Shown here: in pieces, positions 21,297 through 30,975 of the stretch
Numbering within the stretch: position 1 is the first letter of the stretch
How the letters are laid out: every line of letters starts with the position of its first letter
Source: Actinomycetes bacterium
GTDB taxonomy: Bacteria; Actinomycetota; Acidimicrobiia; Acidimicrobiales; CADCSY01
Length of the DNA stretch: 59,408 nucleotides
NCBI GenBank assembly: GCA_031398745.1
Contig: JANNNX010000078.1
Location: 1-59,408, forward strand
Reading direction: 5' to 3'
Program-made: the position numbers and the translations under genes
Notes under the pieces: model-generated
Told to the model about the DNA's origin: nothing
The model's database searches: none
The model's input: only the letters and a program-made list of their open reading frames with translations

Positions 21297-22562
21297 ATGT
21301 CCATGAAGGCCCTGTTCCGACCACTCCTGGTCGTCCTCGCTGTGCTGTCGCTGGTCGCGGCAGCGTGCGGCTCGGACGCAGACTCATCCAGCGGCGGCGA
21401 CTCCGGGAGTGATGACCAGGCAGCCTCCTCGGGCACCTGCGTCGAGGGTGACACCGTCAAGCTCGGCTTCTTGAACTCCACGTCGGGGGCGATGGCCATC
21501 AGCGAGCAGACCGTTCGTGACGCGCTCATCCTCGCCGCCGAGGAGATCAACGCCGACGGTGGGATCCTCGGCAAGCAGATCGAGTACATCGAAGAGGACG
21601 GCCAGAGCGAGCCCACGGTCTTCGCCGAGAAGATCAACAAGCTCCTGACCGAGGACGAGGTTGCAGCCGTGTTCGGCGGTTGGACCTCTGCCTCCCGCAA
21701 GGCGATGCTGCCGGTCGTCGAGGGCGCCAACGGGCTCCTCTTCTACCCCGTCCAGTACGAGGGCCTCGAGGCGTCGGAGAACATCTACTACACCGGCGCG
21801 ACGACCAACCAGCAGATCATCCCGGCAATGGACTACCTCGCCTCCGAGGGTGTCGAGACGCTGTTCCTCGCCGGTTCCGACTACGTCTTCCCACGGACTG
21901 CGAACAAGATCATCAAGCAGTACGCCGAGGTGCTCGGCATCGAGATCGTGGGTGAGGAGTACGTCCCGCTCGACAGCGACGACTGGACGACTCAGGTCGC
22001 CAAGATCGCCGCCGCCGAACCCGACTTCGTGTTCAACACGATCAACGGGTCGTCGAACGTGGGCTTCATCAAGGCGTACGACGAGGCCGGCCTTGGCGCC
22101 GACAAGTCGCCGATCATCTCGGTGTCGATTGCCGAGGAGGAGGCCCCCGCCATGGGCGTGGACCTCACCGGGCAGTACGCAGCCTGGAACTACTTCCAGA
22201 GCGTCGACAGCCCGACCAACACCGCCTTCATCGAGGCCTTCCAGGCCGAGTACGGCTCGGACCGCCCGACGTCGGACCCGATGGAAGCGGCCTACACCTC
22301 GCTGTACCTCTACAAGGGAATGGTCGAGAAGGCCGAGTCCTTCTGCGTCGACGCGGTGAACGAGGCATCCGATGGTGTGACCTTCGAGGCCCCGGAGGGC
22401 ACGGTCACGGTCAACGGCGAGAACCACCACATCGCCAAGACCGGACTGATCGGTCAGATCAACGCGGACAACCAGTTCGACATCGTCTGGAGCTCCGAGG
22501 AGCCGATCGAGCCCGATCCCTTCCTCGATGGCTACGACTGGTGGGACGAGAACAAGGAGTGA
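21297..22562 (+). CDS. urtA: Urea ABC transporter substrate-binding lipoprotein
   Basis: Lipoprotein signal (LVAAAC) and a type-I periplasmic binding fold of UrtA/amide-binding type. It is followed by the urtBCDE gene order. Confidence 0.8.
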   Translation: MSMKALFRPLLVVLAVLSLVAAACGSDADSSSGGDSGSDDQAASSGTCVEGDTVKLGFLNSTSGAMAISEQTVRDALILAAEEINADGGILGKQIEYIEEDGQSEPTVFAEKINKLLTEDEVAAVFGGWTSASRKAMLPVVEGANGLLFYPVQYEGLEASENIYYTGATTNQQIIPAMDYLASEGVETLFLAGSDYVFPRTANKIIKQYAEVLGIEIVGEEYVPLDSDDWTTQVAKIAAAEPDFVFNTINGSSNVGFIKAYDEAGLGADKSPIISVSIAEEEAPAMGVDLTGQYAAWNYFQSVDSPTNTAFIEAFQAEYGSDRPTSDPMEAAYTSLYLYKGMVEKAESFCVDAVNEASDGVTFEAPEGTVTVNGENHHIAKTGLIGQINADNQFDIVWSSEEPIEPDPFLDGYDWWDENKE

Positions 22563-22688
22563 CGCCCGGGCTCGCCGCCGGTGAGCCCGAAGCCTCAGCC
22601 GCAGCCGGGGGTGTCGCGCCTGACAGCGCGGCACCCCCGCAGCGGGAGGGCAACCTCCGACCAGAAACCCACTCCTGAAAGCGTGGCG

Positions 22689-23573
22689 ATGGACGCACTC
22701 ACCACTCCCCTCCTCACCGGTACCGCCACCGGGGCGATCCTGTTTCTCGCCGCGCTCGGCCTGACGCTCACGTTCGGGCAGATGGGCGTGATCAACATGG
22801 CGAACGGCGAGTTCCTCATGGCCGGGGCCTACGCGACCTACGTCACCCAGCAGGTGATCAGCAGTACCGGCCTCTCGATCGTGGTCGCCATCCCGGTGGC
22901 CTTCGTGGCCGCCGGCCTCCTCGGGCTACTGCTCGAGTTCTCGATCATCCAGTGGATGTACCGCCGCCCCCTCGACACCCTGCTGGTGACCGTCGGAGTG
23001 GCCATGGTCCTCCAGCAGCTCGCCAAGGACATCTTCGGCGCCCAGGGCGACCCGGTGCGCCCGCCGAGCTGGATGCGCGGCAGCATCGACGTGTTCGGTT
23101 ACGCCTGGCCGCACCGCCAGCTCTTCACGATCGTGCTGGCGCTCGCGGCACTGAGTGCGCTCGGCGCAGTCTTGAAGTACAGCTCGTTCGGCCGGAGAAT
23201 CCGAGCGACGGTGCAGAACCGGGAGCTGGCCGAGACGATGGGCGTCTCGACCCGCAACGTGGACCGCATCACCTTCTTCCTCGGATCGGGCCTGGCCGGG
23301 GTGGGTGGTGTTGCCATCGCGCTGATCTCGGGCACCAACCCGACACTCGGCACCACCTACATCATCCCGGCGTTCCTCGTGGTCGTCGCCGGTGGTGTCG
23401 GTCAGCTCAAGGGCACCGTGATCGCGGCGTGGGCCGTCGGCGTGCTGACGGCATTCGTGACCGACTGGTCCAGCGGCAGCATGGCGCAGGTTCTCACCTT
23501 CGCGGTCGTGGTCGTCTTCCTCCAGATCCGCCCCCAAGGTCTCTTCACGGTCCGCACTAGGGGGTTGGCATGA
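22689..23573 (+). CDS. urtB: Urea ABC transporter permease UrtB
   Basis: LivH-like permease. The start is the internal Met MDALTTPLL. Confidence 0.75.
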   Translation: MDALTTPLLTGTATGAILFLAALGLTLTFGQMGVINMANGEFLMAGAYATYVTQQVISSTGLSIVVAIPVAFVAAGLLGLLLEFSIIQWMYRRPLDTLLVTVGVAMVLQQLAKDIFGAQGDPVRPPSWMRGSIDVFGYAWPHRQLFTIVLALAALSALGAVLKYSSFGRRIRATVQNRELAETMGVSTRNVDRITFFLGSGLAGVGGVAIALISGTNPTLGTTYIIPAFLVVVAGGVGQLKGTVIAAWAVGVLTAFVTDWSSGSMAQVLTFAVVVVFLQIRPQGLFTVRTRGLA

Positions 23574-24748
23574 CGACGACTGCCACCGACGCGCCCGAGG
23601 TCCCCGGCACCGAGCCGTCGGCCCCGACGCCGACCGTCACCTCCCCGAAGCGGTCCTCGCTCTCCGGGCTCGCCCGCACCTACGGCCCGTTGCTCGGCAT
23701 CGGCGTCGTGGCCTTGGTGTTACTCGTATGGGCGCCCAACTCGCTGTCCCCGTTCCGCCTCGGCAACCTCGGCAAGTACTGCTGCTGGGCCCTCGCGGCG
23801 GTCGGCATCGGCCTCGCCTGGGGCCGGGGCGGCATGCTCGTCATGGGCCAGGGCGTGTTCTTCGGGCTCGGCGGCTACGCCATGGCCATGCACATGAAGC
23901 TCGAGGCCGCCGGCCCGGGCAACGTGCCCGACTTCATGCAGCTCTACGGCGACGGGACGATGCCCGGGTGGTGGGAACCTTTCCGAAGCGGGGCCTTCAC
24001 GCTGTTCGCCATCGTCGCTCTGCCTGCGGTGGTGTCGTTCGTTCTCGGCTACGCAATCCTCAAGCGCCGGGTGAAGGGGGCGTACTTCGCCATCCTCACC
24101 CAAGCCCTGGCGGTGGCCTTCTCGACGCTGCTGATCGCCACGATCAAGCAGACCGGTGGGTTCAACGGACTGAACACCTTCACCACGTTCTTCGGCCAGA
24201 ACCTGTACGACCCGGCGGTCAAGAAGAACCTCTACCTGATCGTGGCCGGCCTGCTGATCGTCTCCCTGTTGATCGTCTGGCAGCTCTACCGGAGCCGCTA
24301 CGGCGAGCTGCTCGTCGCCACCCGCGACGCCGAGGAGCGCATCCGCTTCCTCGGCTACGACCCCGCCAACATCAAGCTGGTGGCGTTCGTGGTGGCGGCG
24401 ATCATGGCCAGCGTCGGCGGGGCGCTGTTCGTGCCGATCGCGGGGATCATCTCGCCCTCCAACGTCGACGCGACGGCCTCGATCATGATGATCGCGGGCG
24501 TCGCCCTGGGGGGGCGCACGTCGCTGCTCGGCCCCGCCTTGGGGGCGATCGCCGTCGGCTACGGGCAGTCCACGCTGTCGGAGCAGTTCCCGACCCAGTG
24601 GACCTACTTCCAGGGCGGGTTGTTCATCGTCGTCCTGCTGCTCCTCCCCTTCGGCATCGCCTCGTTGTGGCCCAAGCTGAAGGCGCTGGTGCCGTTGCGG
24701 GGGACCAGCTCGGCCGTCCCCTCGGGCGACCTGGAGCCGGTGGAATGA
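23570..24748 (+). CDS. urtC: Urea ABC transporter permease UrtC
   Basis: LivM-like permease. It overlaps its neighbours by 4 nt. Confidence 0.75.
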   Translation: MTTTATDAPEVPGTEPSAPTPTVTSPKRSSLSGLARTYGPLLGIGVVALVLLVWAPNSLSPFRLGNLGKYCCWALAAVGIGLAWGRGGMLVMGQGVFFGLGGYAMAMHMKLEAAGPGNVPDFMQLYGDGTMPGWWEPFRSGAFTLFAIVALPAVVSFVLGYAILKRRVKGAYFAILTQALAVAFSTLLIATIKQTGGFNGLNTFTTFFGQNLYDPAVKKNLYLIVAGLLIVSLLIVWQLYRSRYGELLVATRDAEERIRFLGYDPANIKLVAFVVAAIMASVGGALFVPIAGIISPSNVDATASIMMIAGVALGGRTSLLGPALGAIAVGYGQSTLSEQFPTQWTYFQGGLFIVVLLLLPFGIASLWPKLKALVPLRGTSSAVPSGDLEPVE

Positions 24749-25512
24749 CCGCCTCCTTCCTCGGCGAGGACTACCTCGAAGTCCGCGGGTTGACCGTCGA
24801 CTTCGACGGCTTCAAGGCGATCCAGGGAGTGGACGTCACCTTCGTGCAGGGGAGGCTGCACTTCCTCATCGGGCCGAACGGCGCCGGCAAGACCACCCTG
24901 GTCGACGCCCTCACCGGTCTGTCGCACGGGACCGGCGCGGCCGAGTTCCGTGGCCAGAACCTGCTCACCATGAAGTCGCACGAGATCGTCCACCTGGGGG
25001 TCGGCCGGACCTTCCAGACGGCCAGCGTGTTCGAACAGATCAGCGTCCTGCAGAACCTCGACATCGCAGCGGGTCTGCACCGCAAGGCGTGGGGCTTGGT
25101 GCGGTCGCGCCGCAAGGTGCCCGAGAGCGTCGAGCAGGCCCTGGAGACGATTGGCCTCTCCGCGCTGGCCCACCGCCAGGCCGGGATCCTCGCTCACGGA
25201 CAGAAGCAGTGGCTGGAGATCGGCATGTTGCTGGTGCAGGACGCCAAGGTGATGTTCCTCGACGAGACGGTCGCCGGCATGAGCACCAAGGAGCGCGACG
25301 AGACCGGCGAACTGCTGCAGCGGATCGTGGGTGACCGCACCATCGTCGTCATCGAGCACGACATGGACTTCATGCGCACCTACGCCGACTTCGTGACGGT
25401 CATGCACGCAGGCAAGGTGCTCGCCGAGGGGACGGTGTCCGAGATCCAGGCGGACCCTCGAGTCCAGGAGGTCTACCTGGGGACCGTGGCGGAGGTGGTG
25501 AGCAATGGCTGA
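24745..25512 (+). CDS. urtD: Urea ABC transporter ATP-binding protein UrtD
   Basis: Walker A GPNGAGKTT and a LivG-like sequence. ATGA overlap with urtC. Confidence 0.8.
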   Translation: MTASFLGEDYLEVRGLTVDFDGFKAIQGVDVTFVQGRLHFLIGPNGAGKTTLVDALTGLSHGTGAAEFRGQNLLTMKSHEIVHLGVGRTFQTASVFEQISVLQNLDIAAGLHRKAWGLVRSRRKVPESVEQALETIGLSALAHRQAGILAHGQKQWLEIGMLLVQDAKVMFLDETVAGMSTKERDETGELLQRIVGDRTIVVIEHDMDFMRTYADFVTVMHAGKVLAEGTVSEIQADPRVQEVYLGTVAEVVSNG

Positions 25513-26197
25513 CCCGATGCTCGAGATCGTCGGCGTCACCGCGGGATATGGGCGCTCGATGGTTCTCTTCGACGTCGACGTGTCGATTCCCGTGGGCGGA
25601 GCGGCGGCCGTCATGGGCCACAACGGCGCCGGCAAGACCACGTTGCTGCGGGTCGCGGTGGGACAGATTCCGGTGAGGTCGGGCAAGGTCCTGCTCGACG
25701 GCGAGGACGTCACCAAACTCGCCCCCAACCGGCGGGTCAAGCGTGGCCTCGGCTATGTCCCGCAGGGCCAGCTCTGCTTCCCCCAGATGACCACGCTGGA
25801 AAACCTCCAGCTGGTCTCGACCGCCACCAGCGAGATCGACGGGGTGCTCGACACCTTCCCCGCCCTGAGGGACCTGTTGGGCCGTCCCGCCGGCCTCCTG
25901 TCGGGCGGTCAGCGCCAACAGCTCGCCATCGCCCGGACGCTCTTGACCCAACCGCGGCTGCTGATCCTCGACGAGCCGACCGAGGGAATCCAGCCCAACG
26001 TGGTCGCCGAGATCGAACAGGTCATCGTGGACCTCACCCAGCGGGGCGACCTCACGGTGCTGCTGGTGGAGCAGCACGTCGGGTTCGCGCTGCGGTCGAC
26101 GGGCAGCTATTACGTCTTGGAGTCGGGCCGCATCACGGGCCGCGGCACCGGCGGCCCCGGCGCGCTCGACGAGGTCCGCGCCGCGCTGGCGGTCTGA
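25505..26197 (+). CDS. urtE: Urea ABC transporter ATP-binding protein UrtE
   Basis: Walker A GHNGAGKTT, signature LSGGQRQQ. LivF-like. Confidence 0.8.
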   Translation: MADPMLEIVGVTAGYGRSMVLFDVDVSIPVGGAAAVMGHNGAGKTTLLRVAVGQIPVRSGKVLLDGEDVTKLAPNRRVKRGLGYVPQGQLCFPQMTTLENLQLVSTATSEIDGVLDTFPALRDLLGRPAGLLSGGQRQQLAIARTLLTQPRLLILDEPTEGIQPNVVAEIEQVIVDLTQRGDLTVLLVEQHVGFALRSTGSYYVLESGRITGRGTGGPGALDEVRAALAV

Positions 26198-26289
26198 CCG
26201 ATGCGCCCGATGGCGGGCCCTCCCGTTACGGCCTGACACCCCCCGGTACCCGCCGTCTCGGATCGAGAACGTGAGGGTACGTTCCGCGC

Positions 26290-26670
26290 GTGGAGGCGCG
26301 CCGCCGGTTCGTCCAAGACCCCGCCAGCTCCCAGGACGCGCGCATCTTCGTCCACGACATCGTGGCCCCGCTCGACGACGACGAGCTGGTCGAGGTGGCC
26401 ACGCTGCTGGTGAGCGAGCTGGTGGCCAACGCGGTGACCCACGGAGATTCCGGCGGCGAGGTGGTCATCGAGATCACCGACACGGCGGTGCGGGTGACGG
26501 TCACCGACACCAGCCCTCGCCAGCCGATCGTCCGCCCGGTGGAACCGACGTCGTCCACCGGCCGCGGCGTCTGGCTCGTCGACCGGCTCGCCGCCCACTG
26601 GGGCGTGCGTCGCTCGACCCAGGAGGGCAAGGCTGTCTGGTTCGAGCTGGACCGGGTCGCCGGAGGCTGA
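26290..26670 (+). CDS. HATPase_c-like ATP-binding protein of the RsbW/anti-sigma regulatory-factor type
   Basis: LVSELVANAVTHG...GRGVWLV is the GHKL ATPase pattern. GTG start. Confidence 0.5.
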   Translation: MEARRRFVQDPASSQDARIFVHDIVAPLDDDELVEVATLLVSELVANAVTHGDSGGEVVIEITDTAVRVTVTDTSPRQPIVRPVEPTSSTGRGVWLVDRLAAHWGVRRSTQEGKAVWFELDRVAGG

Positions 26671-26723
26671 GGGGCCGTTCCCCACCTCGGCACGGGTAGG
26701 CACCGCCTGCGTACCCTCGGTCC

Positions 26724-28757
26724 ATGATCCAACTCATCGTCTTGGGGGTCGCCGGCTTCGTCGTGCTCCTCGTGCTCCTGCGATCGATCCACGCGATCGG
26801 TCCCACCGAGGTCGGCCTCGTCACCAAGGCGCTGGGACTGCGCAAGCTGGACAACGACAACCCGATCGCCTTTCGAGGTGAGGCCGGCTTCCAGGCCGAC
26901 CTCCTGATGCCGGGCCTCCGCTTCAAGCTGTGGCCGATCTTCTCGGTGCGCAAGCACCCGTGGGTGCAGGTCCCGGCGGGCGAGATCGGGGTGGTGATCG
27001 CCCAGGTCGGCGCACCCCTGCCGATCGGGGCGAAGAGCGGCCGCTACCGCCCGGAGTTCGCCAACTTCTCCAACGTCAAGACCTTCATCGACGGCGGCGG
27101 AGAGAAGGGCGTCCAGCGTCCCGTCCTCCCGCCCGGCACCTTGCTGCCGATCCACCCGGTGGCCTTCCTCATCATCACCGCCCGGGAGGTGTTCGGGCTC
27201 CCGGTCTCGCCCGACCTCGTCGTCCAGGCCCGGACCGGGGGCGGTGTACTCCGTCCTCCCTCCTTCGGGCTGACCCCCGAACAGCTCCGGGTGGTCGTGA
27301 TCGCCCCCGCCGGGCCCCGCGACACCGTCGGCATCGTCACGGCCCTCGAGGGCGAGCCCCTGGCCTCGGGCGACATCGCCAATCGCCTGGGCGGCTTCCG
27401 CGACCTCACCGCCATGGAGGAAGCCGGCGCGTCGGACTCCCAGGTCATCGAGGTGCTCCTGGGCAGCAAGAACACGCTGCACAACAACTACCAAGACTTC
27501 CAGTCGTTCCTCGACGCCGGGGGCAAGATCGGTCTCCAGCACGATCCGCTCCTCTACGGCGCCTACCTGCTGAACCCGTTCCTGGTCCAGGTCGAGATGG
27601 TGCCGATGCTGGTCGTGAACCAGGGCGAGGTGGCGGTGATCAAGGCCTACGTAGGTCTGCCCACGCTCGACCTCTCGGGCGTCGAGTTCAAGTTCGGCTC
27701 GATCGTGCGACCCGGCCACCGCGGCATCTGGCAGGAGCCGCTGCGCACCGGCAAGTACCCGATCAACCCGCGGTGCTACGCGGCCGAGATCGTGCCGACC
27801 TCGATCCTCACGTTGAACTGGGCCGACACCGTCAGCCAGGCCCACAGCCTCGATGCTCAGCTCCAGCCGATCGAGGGCAAGAGCCGCGAGGGCTTCGTCT
27901 TCCGCATCGAGCTGCAGGTGCAGATCCACGTGCCCGACACCCGGGCCCCGAAGGTGATCTCGATGGTCGGCACCATGCTCAACCTGGTCAACGAGGTGCT
28001 GCAGTCGGCCGTCGGCAACCACTTCCGCAACACCCTGCAGGATTCCGAAGCGGTGCGGTTCATCGAGACCCGCATGCTGGTCCAGCAGACTGCGCTCTCG
28101 GCCATCACCCAGTACCTCGAGCTCTACGAGGTGGAGACCAAGGGCGTCTACATCCAGGACGTGGTGTTCCCGCCCGAGCTGGTCGAGGTGCTGACCGAGC
28201 GGGAGATCGCCAACCAGGAGAAGGCCACCTACGCCGAGCAGGAGCAGGCCCAGTCGGCCCGGGTGGCGACCGAGCGAGCCCGGGGCACGGCCGACATGCA
28301 GGCCCAGCTGGCGGCCTCGCAGGTCTCGATCGAGATCAACCAGAACGCGGCCGAGGCCCGGGAAGCCGAAGCCCGAGGCGAGGCCGCCTACGTCGAGCTG
28401 ACCGGGCGGGCCGAGGCCAGCCGGACCGAGGCCATCGGCTTGGCCCAGGCCCGAGCCACCGAGGCCCTGGGGCTGGCCCAGGCCCAGGGGTTCGAAGCGC
28501 AGAAGCAGGCTCTGGGGGAGAGCGCCACGGCCATCGTGGCGGTGGCCAACGCGGTGTCCGAGGGCCACATCTCGGTGATGCCCGAGGTGCTGGTGACCGG
28601 CGGCGGGGCGTTCGAGGGTTTGGCCGCGAGCCTCATGCGACTGCTCAACCCCACCGGTGACCGCCCCGCCGTCGAGGGTGGCCCCGACGAGGACGACCGC
28701 CCCGTCGACCAACTCCCGCCGGCCCCCGCCGAGACCGCCGAGACCGCTACCACCTGA
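26724..28757 (+). CDS. Flotillin-like SPFH/Band-7 protein
   Basis: N-terminal TM segment and an SPFH domain. The C-terminus has a long Ala/Glu-rich coiled-coil (EQEQAQSARVATERARG...AEAREAEARGEAAY), typical of bacterial flotillins. Confidence 0.75.
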   Translation: MIQLIVLGVAGFVVLLVLLRSIHAIGPTEVGLVTKALGLRKLDNDNPIAFRGEAGFQADLLMPGLRFKLWPIFSVRKHPWVQVPAGEIGVVIAQVGAPLPIGAKSGRYRPEFANFSNVKTFIDGGGEKGVQRPVLPPGTLLPIHPVAFLIITAREVFGLPVSPDLVVQARTGGGVLRPPSFGLTPEQLRVVVIAPAGPRDTVGIVTALEGEPLASGDIANRLGGFRDLTAMEEAGASDSQVIEVLLGSKNTLHNNYQDFQSFLDAGGKIGLQHDPLLYGAYLLNPFLVQVEMVPMLVVNQGEVAVIKAYVGLPTLDLSGVEFKFGSIVRPGHRGIWQEPLRTGKYPINPRCYAAEIVPTSILTLNWADTVSQAHSLDAQLQPIEGKSREGFVFRIELQVQIHVPDTRAPKVISMVGTMLNLVNEVLQSAVGNHFRNTLQDSEAVRFIETRMLVQQTALSAITQYLELYEVETKGVYIQDVVFPPELVEVLTEREIANQEKATYAEQEQAQSARVATERARGTADMQAQLAASQVSIEINQNAAEAREAEARGEAAYVELTGRAEASRTEAIGLAQARATEALGLAQAQGFEAQKQALGESATAIVAVANAVSEGHISVMPEVLVTGGGAFEGLAASLMRLLNPTGDRPAVEGGPDEDDRPVDQLPPAPAETAETATT

Positions 28758-28795
28758 CGCGGTCCCGCCGCTCGGATCGATGGTGGATACCGAAC

Positions 28796-28828
28796 GTTCG
28801 ACTGACGTACATCGGCCGTTCACACGGC
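28796..28828 (+). promoter_or_regulatory. Candidate PHO box (three 11-nt direct repeat units) upstream of pstS
   Basis: GTTCGACTGAC GTACATCGGCC GTTCACACGGC. The periodicity is 11 nt, the GTTCAC core resembles the actinobacterial PhoP-binding consensus GTTCACC, and it sits about 40-70 nt upstream of the pstS start. Confidence 0.35.
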
Positions 28829-28865
28829 TCTCGCCGCCCAGCAACCCCCGGTTCCTACGGTCGCC

Positions 28866-29948
28866 ATGTCCCGTCGTCGCCCAAGGAGGGCTAATACCTT
28901 GCGAACCAACAACCGTCGCGTGAGCTGGCTCATCGCCGTGATCGCCGTCCTCGGTCTCGTGGCCGCTGCCTGCGGGAGTGACGAAGACAGCTCGTCGAGC
29001 GGTGATGGCGGCTCCAGCGACCTTTCGGGCTCCGTCGTCATCTCCGGCTCGTCCACCGTCGAGCCCATCTCCTCGGCTGTGGCCGAGACCTTCCAGGAGG
29101 AGAACAGCGGCGTCGAGATCTCCGTCGACGGCCCCGGTACCGGCGACGGCTTCGAGAAGTTCTGCGCCGGCGAGACCGACATCTCCGACGCCTCCCGTCC
29201 GATCAAGGAAGAGGAAGCGGCCGCCTGCGAGGAGGCCGGCATCGAGTTCATCGAGCTCAAGGTGGCCTTCGACGGCCTGTCGGTGATCACGCACCCCGAC
29301 ACCGAGATCGACTGCCTGACCTTCGAGGACCTCTACGCCCTCGTCGGCCCGGAGTCCCAGGGCTTCGACAACTGGTCCGACGCCCAGGCGCTGGCCACCG
29401 AGCTGGGCTCCTCCACCGAGCTGCCCGACCTCGACCTGTCGATCACCGCGCCGGGTGAGGAGTCGGGCACCTACGACTCGTTCGTCGAGCTCGTGCTGAC
29501 CGACATCGCCGAGGCCCGCGTCGAGGCCGGCGTGATCACCGAGGACGAGGCCGGGGCCACCCGAGCCGACTACCAGGGATCAGCCAACGACAACGTGATC
29601 CTCGAGGGTGTCGAGGGCACCGAGGGCTCGCTCGGCTGGGTCGGCCTGGCCTTCGCCGAGGAGGCCGGTGACCAGGTGAAGATCATCGACATCGACGCCG
29701 GTGACGGCTGCGTGGCGGCCGAGAGCGACTCGGTTGCCGACGGCAGCTACCCCATCTCCCGGTCGCTGTACATCTACGTCAAGGCCGAGTCGGCCGAGCG
29801 TGAGGAGGTCGCCGCCTACGTCGACTACTACCTCAACGACGGGATCTCCGCGGTCGAGGAGGTCGGCTACGTGACCCTTCCCGACGACCAGCTCGACGTG
29901 ACCCGCACGACGTGGGAAGACCGGACCACCGGCTCCACCGAGGGCTAG
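28866..29948 (+). CDS. pstS: Phosphate ABC transporter substrate-binding lipoprotein
   Basis: Lipobox LVAAAC and a PstS fold (SGSSTVEP). An RBS-preceded TTG at about 28899 is the more likely true start. Confidence 0.88.
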   Translation: MSRRRPRRANTLRTNNRRVSWLIAVIAVLGLVAAACGSDEDSSSSGDGGSSDLSGSVVISGSSTVEPISSAVAETFQEENSGVEISVDGPGTGDGFEKFCAGETDISDASRPIKEEEAAACEEAGIEFIELKVAFDGLSVITHPDTEIDCLTFEDLYALVGPESQGFDNWSDAQALATELGSSTELPDLDLSITAPGEESGTYDSFVELVLTDIAEARVEAGVITEDEAGATRADYQGSANDNVILEGVEGTEGSLGWVGLAFAEEAGDQVKIIDIDAGDGCVAAESDSVADGSYPISRSLYIYVKAESAEREEVAAYVDYYLNDGISAVEEVGYVTLPDDQLDVTRTTWEDRTTGSTEG

Positions 29949-30023
29949 AACGACACCCACGGGCGGGGGTCATGGGGCCACGGCCTCGGACCCCCGCCCG
30001 TCCGCTCCCCGAAAGGTGTCGAC

Positions 30024-30965
30024 TTGTCCTCCGTCGACCTGCACCACTCCCCCAGCCTGAGCCTCGGTGACCTCGCCGGTGATCGAGGCCGCACCCGCCG
30101 AGAGGCCCTCATGGGCCGCCTCTTCCAGGGGGCGGCTCTGGTCTCGGTCCTCATTTCGGTCCTGATCGTCTTCTCGCTCGTCCGCGAGGCGATCGAGTTC
30201 CTCACCTCGGTCGAGCTCGGCACGCTGTGGACCAGCGGCTGGTTCCCCCGCCGGGGCCTCTTCGACGTCAAGACCCTGATCTTCGGATCGCTGATCATCG
30301 CCGCGGTGGCCATGCTCATCGCCGTGCCGATCGGCCTGGCCTCGGCCGTCTACCTCTCCGAGTACGCCCGTCCCCGGGTGCGCCGGGTCGTGAAGCCCGC
30401 CCTCGAGGTGCTGGCCGGCATTCCCAGCGTGGTCCTCGGCGTCTTCGCCCTGCTGTGGCTGTCACCCCAGATCATGCAGCGGTTCTTCGACGCCCAGGTC
30501 TTCAGCCTGGGCGCGGCCGGCATCGGCGTCGGCATCCTCACCATCCCCCTGGTGGCCTCGGTCTCGGAGGATGCGCTTCGCGCCGTCCCCCAGTCGCTGC
30601 GAGAGGCCTCCTACGGCATGGGCGCCAAGAAGGTGACCACCGTGGTCCGGGTAGTCGTCCCGGCCGCCATCTCCGGCCTGGTGGCGGCGCTCATCCTGGC
30701 CGTCTCTCGGGCCATCGGCGAGACGATGGTGGTCGCCATCGCCGCGGGCGGCACCGGCGGCTCGCTCTTCACCCTCGATCCCAGCGGCCCGGGCCAAACC
30801 ATGACCGCGGCCATGGCCGCCCTGGCGTCGGGCACCGACCAGGTAGCCGGGCAGGGCAACGCTTACCAGAGCCTGTTCTTCGTCGGGTTCATGCTCTTCG
30901 CTTTCACCCTGGTGCTCAACGTCATCGCCGACCGAGTCGTTCGCCGCGTGCGCGAGCGGTACTGA
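30024..30965 (+). CDS. pstC: Phosphate ABC transporter permease PstC
   Basis: Six-TM permease carrying an EAA-type motif. Confidence 0.85.
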   Translation: MSSVDLHHSPSLSLGDLAGDRGRTRREALMGRLFQGAALVSVLISVLIVFSLVREAIEFLTSVELGTLWTSGWFPRRGLFDVKTLIFGSLIIAAVAMLIAVPIGLASAVYLSEYARPRVRRVVKPALEVLAGIPSVVLGVFALLWLSPQIMQRFFDAQVFSLGAAGIGVGILTIPLVASVSEDALRAVPQSLREASYGMGAKKVTTVVRVVVPAAISGLVAALILAVSRAIGETMVVAIAAGGTGGSLFTLDPSGPGQTMTAAMAALASGTDQVAGQGNAYQSLFFVGFMLFAFTLVLNVIADRVVRRVRERY

Positions 30966-30975
30966 GGAGCCCGCC

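Noticed and set aside
26226-29294. 1022-aa minus-strand ORF
   Set aside because: It is antisense to the well-supported flotillin and pstS genes. The translation is Gly/Arg/Asp-rich low-complexity sequence, typical of high-GC antisense frames.
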